Part shown: positions 28,050 to 36,618 of the stretch, one piece after another | Layout: each line of letters begins with the position of its first letter | Position numbering within the stretch: the stretch's first letter is position 1 | NCBI GenBank assembly: GCA_905215675.1 | Contig: CAJMRA010000001.1 | Span: forward strand, 1-39,972 | Origin: an uncultured bacterium | GTDB lineage: Bacteria; Desulfobacterota; Desulfovibrionia; Desulfovibrionales; Desulfovibrionaceae | Reading direction: 5' to 3' | DNA: 39,972 bases | Position numbers and translations under genes: made by a program | Notes under the pieces: generated by a model | The model's database searches: none | What the model was told of the DNA's origin: nothing | The model's input: only the letters and a program-made list of their open reading frames with translations

Positions 28050-30791
28050 TTATTTATAAATTTTATGATTAATACTATTTTTTTCAGGATGCAGACGGGC
28101 AAGCAGCCGCATATAGGCTTGTTCGGCCTCCCGGGACGCGGGGACAGGGCGGGGAAAAACGGCGGGCCGTCGTCCGGGCAGGGTCGACAGCAGGCGCAGG
28201 CAGTGCGGCGTGTCGTCGTAGACCAGCAGGTCGTCCCCGGCAAGGCGCAGGCGGGACGGGCAGAGGATGGGCAGGCCCGCGGCCCGGTACATGCCGATCT
28301 TGATGGGATTCATGAACATGGAAATATCGTCCAGCACATGCGGCACGATGGCCGCGTCCATGCGGGACAGGATGGCGAGGGTCTCGCGTTCCTCCGTGAC
28401 GCCGTGATAAATGACGCCGCGCGCGATCAGGGCGTCCAGCGCGGCGCGGGCGCGCTGCGCCGTTCCCGCCAGATGCAGGCGCACGCCGGGCTGGACGGCA
28501 ACGGCCTGCAACAGGGGCCAGTCCAGCCGATCGTTCATGTTGCCCGAATAGAAAATGTGCCGTTCCGGGCCGGGCAGGGGGCGCGCCGCGGGAACGACGC
28601 CGTCCGGCGGCGTATACCAGTTGGGGATGACGGCCGCGTCGGCGGCATGCGGAAAATGGCGCTCCGCAAAAAAGGCCCGCATCTGCTCCGTATTGAAGAC
28701 AAGCTGCGCGGCGGAGGCCGCCAGACGGAAGTATTGATCCAGCAGGCGGCAGCGGCGGGCGTCGTCGGCGGCCCAGCCGAGCTGATTGTCCACCACGTCA
28801 ATCAGGCGGACATAGGGGCGCAGGATATCTTCCACCTCTTCCAGCGCCTCGATAATCGGAAACAGCACAAAAAGGCTGTTGTCCGGCGAGAGCTTTTCCC
28901 GGACAAGAAAGGCGAAAAGGGCGTCGCGCAGCTCCTGCCCCGAACCGTGCCGCAGGGTGCGGAGAAAGACGCCGTCACGCATGAGCCCCGGTAGTTTGAG
29001 GGCAAGAAGATGCGAACGGAGCGCCTCTTCCCCGGTGAAATCCTCTTCCGGCAGGGGGGAAGCGTCCTGTTCCTTTTCTTCCGGCGTCGCGTTCCCCAGC
29101 TGCTCGAAGGTCTCGGCATCCGTAACGGAAACAGCCGTGCGCGGGGCTTCGTCCGGCAAATGATCTTCAAAAAATTCCAGAATAATGACGCGGTGTCCGG
29201 GAAAAGCGCGCCGATAGCTGCGGGCTATCTGATCGACGCGTCGTCCGTACAGTCCGGCATCGTGCTGCTTCCAGAGCAGCACCAGCGCCGGAGGCCCGTC
29301 TTCCTCGTCCGTTTGCGGCGGCAGGCCGTCCAGAATCCGCAGCGCCGGAACCGGCACGGCCTCCTGTTCGGCGGCGGCAAAGGCGGCGCAGGCTCCTTCC
29401 GGCGTGAACTCGTCCGGCAGCGTCACGGGCCGCTTTTCGGAGAGCGCCGCCACGAGTTGATCCGTGAAGGTGCGTTCCGTAAAGGGATATATCCCGGGAA
29501 GATCGCGCAGATCGGCGATGGCCGGGCCGTCAGGAACCAGAATCGGGCGGCCTGCGGCCAGGGCGTCGGAAATCTTGGCGGGCGTCTGGTGTGCCGCAAC
29601 GGCACGGATCGCGTCGTCCCGGGCGGCTGCGGGGTAGCCGCTGATCAGGACGTGCATCCGCGCCGTTGCGGCCGGCAGGTCCGCAAGGGAAACCGTGCCG
29701 TGCAGTTCGGCTCCGGCATGGAGCAGCTTGTCTCGGTATTCAGGGGGTTGAACGTCGCCACAGCAGTGGAACCGCAGCGGCAGGCCCGTTGTGGCGGCCA
29801 GCAGGCGCACAGCGCGGGCGGCGGCAAGAACATTTTTGTGCGGCCGCGCCGTACCGATAAAGCCGATATGGTAGACGTCCCTGCCGTTGCCGTCCGGCGT
29901 CGGGCGGGGCGTCCGGGAGCGCGCATGACGCACGATATGGCCGCCGAAGCGCGCCCGAAGCGGAGGGCTGACGACCGTGCGCGCGGGAATCGCGTCCCGC
30001 AGGAAGTGCGCCAGCGGGAGCCCCGGCGCGTCATAGCAGGCCCGCGAGTCCGGCTGCCGGGCGCTGAAGGCGTCTTCGTCGTCGTCGATATCCAGAAGAA
30101 AGCGGGTCTGATCGTGAGAGACCGCCGCAGCCAGCCGGAAGGAAGGCAGGCGCGGCTTGCAAATCCAGACCGTATTGAAGACGATGCCATAGCGACGCAG
30201 CAGAATATGCGCCTCGTGGCGCTGCTTCCAGGGGATGGCGACCAGGGGAAAGTCGCAATGGAGCAGGGGCGGCCAGAGGCTGCCGCCGAATTCCTCGTGC
30301 AGATAGCAGAGCAGCACGGCGGGACGGCGGCAGGCCGCGATGTCGTACAGCACCTTTGCCCGCCCTATGGGATTGTGCGCGCCGTCCCAGCAGACGATGC
30401 CGACGGCGTCGGAGCGGCGCGCCGTGGCGGCGGCCCGCCGGAGCTGGGCTTCCAGCCCCTGTTCGCAGACGGGATGCGCAAGGGAGCGACGCAGCGAGAG
30501 AAAGACGCCGTCGGCCGTGACGCCGTACAGGGACAGGACGGCTCCCGCCGGGGCCGCGGGAAGGCGGCAGGCAAAACCGACGGTATCCGGACCGGTGAAG
30601 CCGAACTTCTGGCAGACGTCTGGCCGGGGAATGGCCGCATCCGTCAGCACGGCCGGTTCGTCATTCACGAGAACCAGCGGGCGCACGTCGGGCGCGACGC
30701 CGAGCAGCCAGCCGTGGAGCATATCTCCCTGAATGAGATCCATTGCTCCCGGCAGCAGCGGCGAGGTCTCTGCGGATACCGTCGTCAGCAT
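28050..30791 (-). CDS. Multidomain GT-B fold glycosyltransferase-like protein, 913 aa
   Basis: GFIGTARPHKN...PAKISDALAAG and FYSGNMNDRLD...MNPIKIGMYRAAGLP, i.e. two GT-B-type C-terminal motifs. The N-terminus (GWLL...RPDV...GF) resembles accessory domains of glycan enzymes. Confidence 0.7.
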   Translation of the reverse strand: MLTTVSAETSPLLPGAMDLIQGDMLHGWLLGVAPDVRPLVLVNDEPAVLTDAAIPRPDVCQKFGFTGPDTVGFACRLPAAPAGAVLSLYGVTADGVFLSLRRSLAHPVCEQGLEAQLRRAAATARRSDAVGIVCWDGAHNPIGRAKVLYDIAACRRPAVLLCYLHEEFGGSLWPPLLHCDFPLVAIPWKQRHEAHILLRRYGIVFNTVWICKPRLPSFRLAAAVSHDQTRFLLDIDDDEDAFSARQPDSRACYDAPGLPLAHFLRDAIPARTVVSPPLRARFGGHIVRHARSRTPRPTPDGNGRDVYHIGFIGTARPHKNVLAAARAVRLLAATTGLPLRFHCCGDVQPPEYRDKLLHAGAELHGTVSLADLPAATARMHVLISGYPAAARDDAIRAVAAHQTPAKISDALAAGRPILVPDGPAIADLRDLPGIYPFTERTFTDQLVAALSEKRPVTLPDEFTPEGACAAFAAAEQEAVPVPALRILDGLPPQTDEEDGPPALVLLWKQHDAGLYGRRVDQIARSYRRAFPGHRVIILEFFEDHLPDEAPRTAVSVTDAETFEQLGNATPEEKEQDASPLPEEDFTGEEALRSHLLALKLPGLMRDGVFLRTLRHGSGQELRDALFAFLVREKLSPDNSLFVLFPIIEALEEVEDILRPYVRLIDVVDNQLGWAADDARRCRLLDQYFRLAASAAQLVFNTEQMRAFFAERHFPHAADAAVIPNWYTPPDGVVPAARPLPGPERHIFYSGNMNDRLDWPLLQAVAVQPGVRLHLAGTAQRARAALDALIARGVIYHGVTEERETLAILSRMDAAIVPHVLDDISMFMNPIKIGMYRAAGLPILCPSRLRLAGDDLLVYDDTPHCLRLLSTLPGRRPAVFPRPVPASREAEQAYMRLLARLHPEKNSINHKIYK

Positions 30792-30811
30792 GAGCCTTCC
30801 CCGTTTCCGCC

Positions 30812-32143
30812 TCAGCGTCCGGCGGCGTTGTTCGTTGCGCCGCGGGGGGGAAGGTCTTCCCCTTCCTCCTCCAGCAGAACGAGATTTTCCAGCGCGCCGC
30901 CGCCCGCGTCCGTGGCGGGGCTGCCTTCCAGCAGAACCTGCTTGAGGGCGGGCAGGGTTGCGTCCGTACCCAGCGCCCGGATGCTCTGGATATTGTCGTC
31001 GAAGAAGCCTTCCGGCTGATGGGCGAGATGATGCAGCACACGGCGGGCAAGGGCGTCCACGTCGCCGAAGGGCATCAGATCAAGGCCCTTCAGGTGACGG
31101 AATTCCTGCACAGGCGGCGTGTCCGACGCCACGATGGGCAGACCCAGCGCCGCCGCTTCGAGGAAGGACCACGACAGGATGAACGGCGTGGTCAGATAGA
31201 CATGGCAGGCGCTCAACTTGAGCATGGCGAGATAGAGCTTGCGATCCAGCATGCCCAGAAAATGCACGCGCTTCCAGTCAACCTTGTCGCCCAGTTCGCG
31301 TTCCAGGCTCTTGCGCCAGCTCACGCCCTGCGGATTGGCCTTGCCGTAGCCGATATTCCTGATTCCCGCATCCTGCCCCATGACGATGACGTGCGCCTCG
31401 GGATTGCCGTTCAGAATGGCCGGCAGGGCGCGCATGAAGTAGTGAAAGCCGCGCACGGGTTCCAGATGACGCGCGCAGAAGGTAACGATGGGCATGCCCT
31501 TGCGCAGCTTGACGCCCTGCGAGGGAATGCCCAGCGCGCGCGGCCGTACCGCCGCCAGTTCTTCCAGATGCAGCCCTTCGTGGATGACGTGCATCTTTTC
31601 CTGCGCCCAGGCGGGAAAGCGGCTTTTTTGCCATTGCGTGGGCGTGACGGCGGCGTCGCATTCGCTGAGGGCATGCAGGAAGGGCGTATTTTTCAGCGTC
31701 AGGCGCAGTTCGTCTTCCTCCGACAGGGGAGGAAAGGCCGGATCAAAGTTCACTTCCTGCCCGTGCGCGTTGTAGAACCATTCCGCATAGACGACATAGC
31801 GCGCGTCCGGCCAGACGTTTTTGACATACAGGGCTTCTCCCCAGCCGGGATGCGCGTAGACGACGTCGGGATTGAGTCCCTTGCCCTTCAGCAGCTTCAT
31901 GGCCTTGTAGGCGCTTTCCGCACGAATGAGCTTGGCGTCCATGTCCCGCAGCAGGTACGGCGTCTTTTCGTTGTCCTGACCGCGCAGGGGCATGTAGCGG
32001 TACTGGGTGACGCCGGGCAGGGCGTCCTGTGGGGTCATGGACAGCGCCGCGACCTTGTGTCCGTCAAGGGCCAGGGAACGCGCCGGTGCGTCGAACTGGC
32101 AGGGAAAGGACTGATGGATGAAAAGAATGGTGCGGGGATTCAT
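30812..32143 (-). CDS. GT4 glycosyltransferase, ExpC-like, 443 aa
   Basis: ILFIHQSFPCQF, AHPGWGE, RHLEPVRGF, HVYLTTPFILSWSFLEA. Start re-assigned to 32143. Confidence 0.85.
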   Translation of the reverse strand: MNPRTILFIHQSFPCQFDAPARSLALDGHKVAALSMTPQDALPGVTQYRYMPLRGQDNEKTPYLLRDMDAKLIRAESAYKAMKLLKGKGLNPDVVYAHPGWGEALYVKNVWPDARYVVYAEWFYNAHGQEVNFDPAFPPLSEEDELRLTLKNTPFLHALSECDAAVTPTQWQKSRFPAWAQEKMHVIHEGLHLEELAAVRPRALGIPSQGVKLRKGMPIVTFCARHLEPVRGFHYFMRALPAILNGNPEAHVIVMGQDAGIRNIGYGKANPQGVSWRKSLERELGDKVDWKRVHFLGMLDRKLYLAMLKLSACHVYLTTPFILSWSFLEAAALGLPIVASDTPPVQEFRHLKGLDLMPFGDVDALARRVLHHLAHQPEGFFDDNIQSIRALGTDATLPALKQVLLEGSPATDAGGGALENLVLLEEEGEDLPPRGATNNAAGR

Positions 32144-32168
32144 GGGTATTCCTTGCTGGATCGTGAAG

Positions 32169-34334
32169 TCAGCGGGCATGCCGCGCGCGCGGCGGCAGGG
32201 CCAGACCTTCGAACGGTTCGACGGCCGTACAGAGCGGCAGGTTGGGGTTATAGAACGGGTCCTCGTACAGGGGCCAGCGGCGGCGAAAAGCGCGCATTTC
32301 CCGTTCGGCGCGCGCCTTGTTCATGGGGGCCGTGTCCTTGCCCCGGCTGGCGGATTCATGGTGTACAAGGCGCGCAAAGGGCGTCCAGAGGACCTTTTTT
32401 CCGGCGGCGCGAAGGCGCAGACAATAATCAACGTCATTGAAGGTCACGGGAAAACGGCGGGCGTCAAATCCGCCGAGCTCCTGAAAAAGCGCCCCGGGCG
32501 TCAGCAGACAGGCGGCAGTGACCGCGCCGTATTGCTGGACAATCAGATTGCGGGCCATGTAGCCGGGCTCGTCCGCCGTCCAGTGATTGCCCGCATGGCA
32601 GGCCAGTTGATGCGTACCCACCACGACGCCGCCGTGCTGTACCAGTCCGTTGGGCCAGAGCAGCTTGGCCCCGACGCAGCCCGCCTGATCCCCGCAGGCC
32701 AGCAGCAGGGCAACCATTTCCCGCAGCCAGCCGGAAAAGGGCATTTCCGTGTCGTTGTTGCAGAGGCAGAGCAGCTCGCCGGAGGCTTCCCGCACGGCGT
32801 CGTTGTTGAGGGCCGCGTAATTGAAGATGCCGGGGCGGCGCAGGACGCGCGCCTGCGGCAGCGCGTCGATTTCTTCCAGCAGCGCCAGCGCCTCCGGCTC
32901 GGCGGTGTCGTTGTCCACCACGAGAATTTCCAGATTGCCGTACTCGGTCGCCAGAAGACCGTCCATGCAGCGGCGCAGCAAGGAGGCATGATCCCGCGAG
33001 GGAATGATGACGGACACGCGCGGTTCCCGCGTCAGCGGGTAGCGTACGCGGGACAGGGTGGGGTCCTCCTGCGCCTCGATGGTTGCGCCCGGATGCCGGA
33101 CGTCCAGCCAGCGCTGCCACGCGGCGCGCCGGGCGTCGCCGTCGGACGGCGGCAGTTCTTCGCTCAGCAGATACGGCACATGCCGGATGCCGCCCAGGGA
33201 TTCCGCCGCCAGCGCCAGGCGCACGCGCAGGGCCGAAGCGGTTTCATTTTCCTGCGGCGGGACGGCCTCCATGACGGCGCGGGAAACAAGTACGGGGCCG
33301 AGATAGTCCCGCCCCATGAAGGCGTCGCGATCCCAGCTCGGTTTGCAGAGGGCTGCGGGATGACCGTCGGCGTCCGTGGTCTCGCCGTCCGCATAGACCA
33401 TACCCGCGCCGGTGTGTTGCAGCGCGGCCGCCAGATGGGCGACGGCCGCGGGATGCAGGCGTTCCCCCTTGCGGAGCAAAAGCGTCATGTCCGCGTTATC
33501 GGCCGCAAGGCGGCAGGACGGGGCCTTCTGCCGTCGCCAGAGGGCGGCGACGTCATGGCGCGTGCCGCCGGTCATGCGGATGGACAGCGTACAGGGCGCG
33601 GACGACGGGGGAGCGGGGACGGGAAAGACCTTTTTCCAGAAGTCGAGACGCGCCTCGCCCTGCGCCTGCGGCAGGCGGCTTTCCATGTGCCGCAGCACGT
33701 CCAGCAGCAGGGCGCGTCCGTCGGCATCCATTTTCCCCTGCCGTTGCAACCATGCGGCAAGACCGGAAACGAGCGTCCGAAACGTCAGCGGGCTGCCGGG
33801 GAGCGGACGGCCCCTTTCATCCTCCACGGCTATGCGATATTCCCTGCCGTCGGCCAACTCCGGCGGCAGATGCAGTACAAAACCATGTCCGTCGGCCTGT
33901 CTGGGGGCATAACGGCGTTCTCCGGCGAGCGCTTCGGCGACGACGCGACCCTCGCAGCGCGCCGTGACCCGCAGCGTTTTTTCCGGGATGGTCGTATCCA
34001 GTACCCAGCCGGAAAGCGTCTGTCCCGCATCGGCCGTCAGTTCTCCCAGCAGGGGGGAGGCGGAGACCTCCCCGCCGGGAATCGACAGGGGCGCGCCGAC
34101 GCTCTGGGACGTATTGGCGACGCGGACGCGAAGCGTACAGGGCGATTCCGCCACAAAGGACGGCAGGGGAAGCCAGAAACCGCAGCCTTCCGGCTCCGGC
34201 AGATCGGCGCGTCCGGCACTCACGACGACGTCGTCGGCCAGAAGCTCCAGCCACAGGGGAGCCATGCCCTCGCCGTATGCCCAGCCGCCGACGCCGAGCC
34301 CGTACAATGCCGCTTCGCCCGTGATCCGTCTCAT
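32169..34334 (-). CDS. GT2 glycosyltransferase (RfbC-like C-terminal domain; N-terminal GW-type beta repeats), 721 aa
   Basis: VSVIIPSRD, FNYAALNN, LCNNDTE, GAKLL..VQHGGVV, AVTAACLL, FNDVDYCLR, HHESASRG. ATGA overlap fixes the start at 34334. Confidence 0.85.
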   Translation of the reverse strand: MRRITGEAALYGLGVGGWAYGEGMAPLWLELLADDVVVSAGRADLPEPEGCGFWLPLPSFVAESPCTLRVRVANTSQSVGAPLSIPGGEVSASPLLGELTADAGQTLSGWVLDTTIPEKTLRVTARCEGRVVAEALAGERRYAPRQADGHGFVLHLPPELADGREYRIAVEDERGRPLPGSPLTFRTLVSGLAAWLQRQGKMDADGRALLLDVLRHMESRLPQAQGEARLDFWKKVFPVPAPPSSAPCTLSIRMTGGTRHDVAALWRRQKAPSCRLAADNADMTLLLRKGERLHPAAVAHLAAALQHTGAGMVYADGETTDADGHPAALCKPSWDRDAFMGRDYLGPVLVSRAVMEAVPPQENETASALRVRLALAAESLGGIRHVPYLLSEELPPSDGDARRAAWQRWLDVRHPGATIEAQEDPTLSRVRYPLTREPRVSVIIPSRDHASLLRRCMDGLLATEYGNLEILVVDNDTAEPEALALLEEIDALPQARVLRRPGIFNYAALNNDAVREASGELLCLCNNDTEMPFSGWLREMVALLLACGDQAGCVGAKLLWPNGLVQHGGVVVGTHQLACHAGNHWTADEPGYMARNLIVQQYGAVTAACLLTPGALFQELGGFDARRFPVTFNDVDYCLRLRAAGKKVLWTPFARLVHHESASRGKDTAPMNKARAEREMRAFRRRWPLYEDPFYNPNLPLCTAVEPFEGLALPPRARHAR

Positions 34335-36553
34335 GAACGCATCTCCGCCGTTTCGTTGTTTCCGTTCGGAAGCGCGCGCAGAACCGCGTCGGCGCAGCCA
34401 TGATCGGACAGCCATGCCCGCCAGGCGTCCCCGGCCTCCGTCGCGCTGCCGGAGGGCACAAGCAGCGTTCGGACATCCAGCGGACTCAGATCCCTGACGA
34501 AAGGCAGGGGACGCACATTGGCCGGGCAGGGCGCGTCACGCAGCTGTTCGGGCAGCGTGAAGACAAAGAATCGCGTGCCGGGGCGACGCCGGGCCAGCCC
34601 GCACAATCGCCCCCATGCCGCCGGGCCGTGCGGCGGCAGTGCCAGGCAGGACCCCGCGGCGGTCGGCAGCTCCCGCGGCAGCGCGTCCAGCACATCCTTG
34701 CTCGGCTCCAGCCGGAGGGGGAGGCGACGCAGGCAGCGGCGCGCGAGCGGAAGTTCCCCGTGCAGGACGGCGGTTTCCAGCCGACAGCGTTCCAGCACAT
34801 CTTGCAGGGCCTCCCGATCTTCCGGCAGCCGGAAGCGCATGTCCGCCAGCGGCACGTCCTGCCGCAGCCGCAGCAGCATGCGCGCGCCTCCGGCAGGGAA
34901 AGGAAGAACAAAAAGCGCGGCATATGGCGAGGGGAGTCGCCGGGCCGACAGCGGCGGAAGACGGCGATCCGTCCACGAAAAGACATGCAGCCGCGTTCCT
35001 TCCGGGAACGGTCCGCAGAGCGTGCGGGAGATGCGATCCCGCAGCGACGCGAGCGGATCGGCGGCCATAAAGGCGTCATATGCCGCGTCATAGCCGGGGT
35101 GACGGGCAAAGATGGCGGCATTGTTCTGCGTTGCCAGCGCCCGTTTGGCCATGCCGAAGGAACGGCCGCCCAGATGCGCGACAAAAATATTCATGGCGGC
35201 AAAATTTTTCAGGCCCGATTCGGCAACGCGCAGGCAGAAGTCCACTTCCTCGCCGTAACCGCTGAAAAGGCGCAGCCCGTCAAAACCGCCCACGGCCTGC
35301 AACGCCCGGCGCGCAATGCCCATGCAGAAGCCGACGCCGACGGGGATTTCTCTCAGGGCCGTATCGGGAGGCAGAAGGCGGCAGGCCTCGTCGATGCGGC
35401 GCGCCTCCCGCAGACGGCGCACGTCGCCCCGAAAGGACGGGGACGGGAAGGACATCAGTTCCGCGTCGGAGCCCAGCGCCGTGACCGTTCCCGTATCCGG
35501 TCGGCGCAGCGCCCGCGCCATGCGATCGATCCAGTCGCCGGAGACGAGCGTATCCGCGTTGAGCAGCACGATGTCCCCTTGCGGCACAAGCGACAGCGCG
35601 TAATTGATCCCGGCAAGGAAGCCCAGATTGTGCGGCGTCTCGCGCAGAACGACGTCCCGGCGCGCGGCAAGACGGCGCAGATCGGCGTACAGCCGTTTGT
35701 CCGGGCCGTGATCCCAGAGAATGAAAATTTTGAACGGCGTCCTGTTTTTCTTGCGGCTGAGGAAAACCGACGCGAGACAGGACAATGTCGCCGCGCGATC
35801 GTCATAGACCGGTATGATGACGGTCGGTTCCCCTGTCGTCCGGCGACGTGGCGTCGCCCTCCCTGCGCAGGACGCGATGCCGGCGGCGGGCGAGCATTGC
35901 AGGGGACTGCCCTGCACATGCCTGCCGTCGCCCTCGATCACCCCCAGCGAGAACGGCGTCGTCGTTTCGGGCAGGAGGGCATTCAGCACGTGCAGGGTAT
36001 GGAGGCCCTGCCGCGCGCAGGGCGCTTTCTCCAGCGAAAAGGACGGCCCCCCGGAAACAAGAATGCGGTATGTCTGCGCCGTCGGCAGCCAGAGCCAGCC
36101 CCGCAGGCGACCGGCATGAATGCCGACGCAGCCGCGCCCCCGCCAGCCGCGTTGCGTCAGTTCCTCCAGAAAGGCGGGATCGGGAACGTCGGTGAAAAGA
36201 TGTTCGAGCAGCGTCAGCCAGCAGTCGGCATAACGGGCCGCCGCCGGGGAGAGGGGCCCGATCGCCCGGGCGGCGCGCAGCGCCTGCGCGAGTCGCGCGG
36301 CGTTCAGGCCGTCCCGATGCAGCGCCTTGTCCCAGTGTTCCAGCGCGGACTCTTCATGGCCCGCCCGGGAAAGCGTCGTCGCGCACAGCGCCTCGGCGTC
36401 CGGCAGGGCATGCCCGTAACGCCCGGCAAGGACGAGGGCCGGTTCGACGGCTTCCGCGGCCTTGCCCTGTTGCAGCGCCGTCAGGATGCGCCGGGCCAGA
36501 GTGTCGGCATCCAGACGACAGGCGGGAACAAAGGGGGGAACGGCGCTTTTCAT
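34331..36553 (-). CDS. GT2 glycosyltransferase with helical (TPR-like) N-terminus, 740 aa
   Basis: TVIIPVY, NLGFLAGIN, LLNADTLV, VGFCM, GYGEEVDFCLR, HLGGRSF. Start MKSAVPP at 36553. Confidence 0.8.
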   Translation of the reverse strand: MKSAVPPFVPACRLDADTLARRILTALQQGKAAEAVEPALVLAGRYGHALPDAEALCATTLSRAGHEESALEHWDKALHRDGLNAARLAQALRAARAIGPLSPAAARYADCWLTLLEHLFTDVPDPAFLEELTQRGWRGRGCVGIHAGRLRGWLWLPTAQTYRILVSGGPSFSLEKAPCARQGLHTLHVLNALLPETTTPFSLGVIEGDGRHVQGSPLQCSPAAGIASCAGRATPRRRTTGEPTVIIPVYDDRAATLSCLASVFLSRKKNRTPFKIFILWDHGPDKRLYADLRRLAARRDVVLRETPHNLGFLAGINYALSLVPQGDIVLLNADTLVSGDWIDRMARALRRPDTGTVTALGSDAELMSFPSPSFRGDVRRLREARRIDEACRLLPPDTALREIPVGVGFCMGIARRALQAVGGFDGLRLFSGYGEEVDFCLRVAESGLKNFAAMNIFVAHLGGRSFGMAKRALATQNNAAIFARHPGYDAAYDAFMAADPLASLRDRISRTLCGPFPEGTRLHVFSWTDRRLPPLSARRLPSPYAALFVLPFPAGGARMLLRLRQDVPLADMRFRLPEDREALQDVLERCRLETAVLHGELPLARRCLRRLPLRLEPSKDVLDALPRELPTAAGSCLALPPHGPAAWGRLCGLARRRPGTRFFVFTLPEQLRDAPCPANVRPLPFVRDLSPLDVRTLLVPSGSATEAGDAWRAWLSDHGCADAVLRALPNGNNETAEMRS

Positions 36554-36566
36554 GGTTTTTCGGGAA

Positions 36567-36590
36567 GGGCGTCCCCCTGCGGGGACGCCC
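36567..36590 (-). terminator. GC-rich stem-loop just downstream of the surface-protein gene
   Basis: GGGCGTCCCC-GCAG-GGGGACGCCC, a 10-bp perfect stem with only a weak U-tract; 13 nt upstream of the next ATG. Confidence 0.6.
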
Positions 36591-36618
36591 GGGAAGAGGT
36601 TGCTGACGACGGGCCTTG

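Noticed and set aside
30844..30850. G homopolymer as a slipped-strand phase-variation tract
   Set aside because: Only about 7 nt and within the last codons of the gene, so slippage would have little effect.
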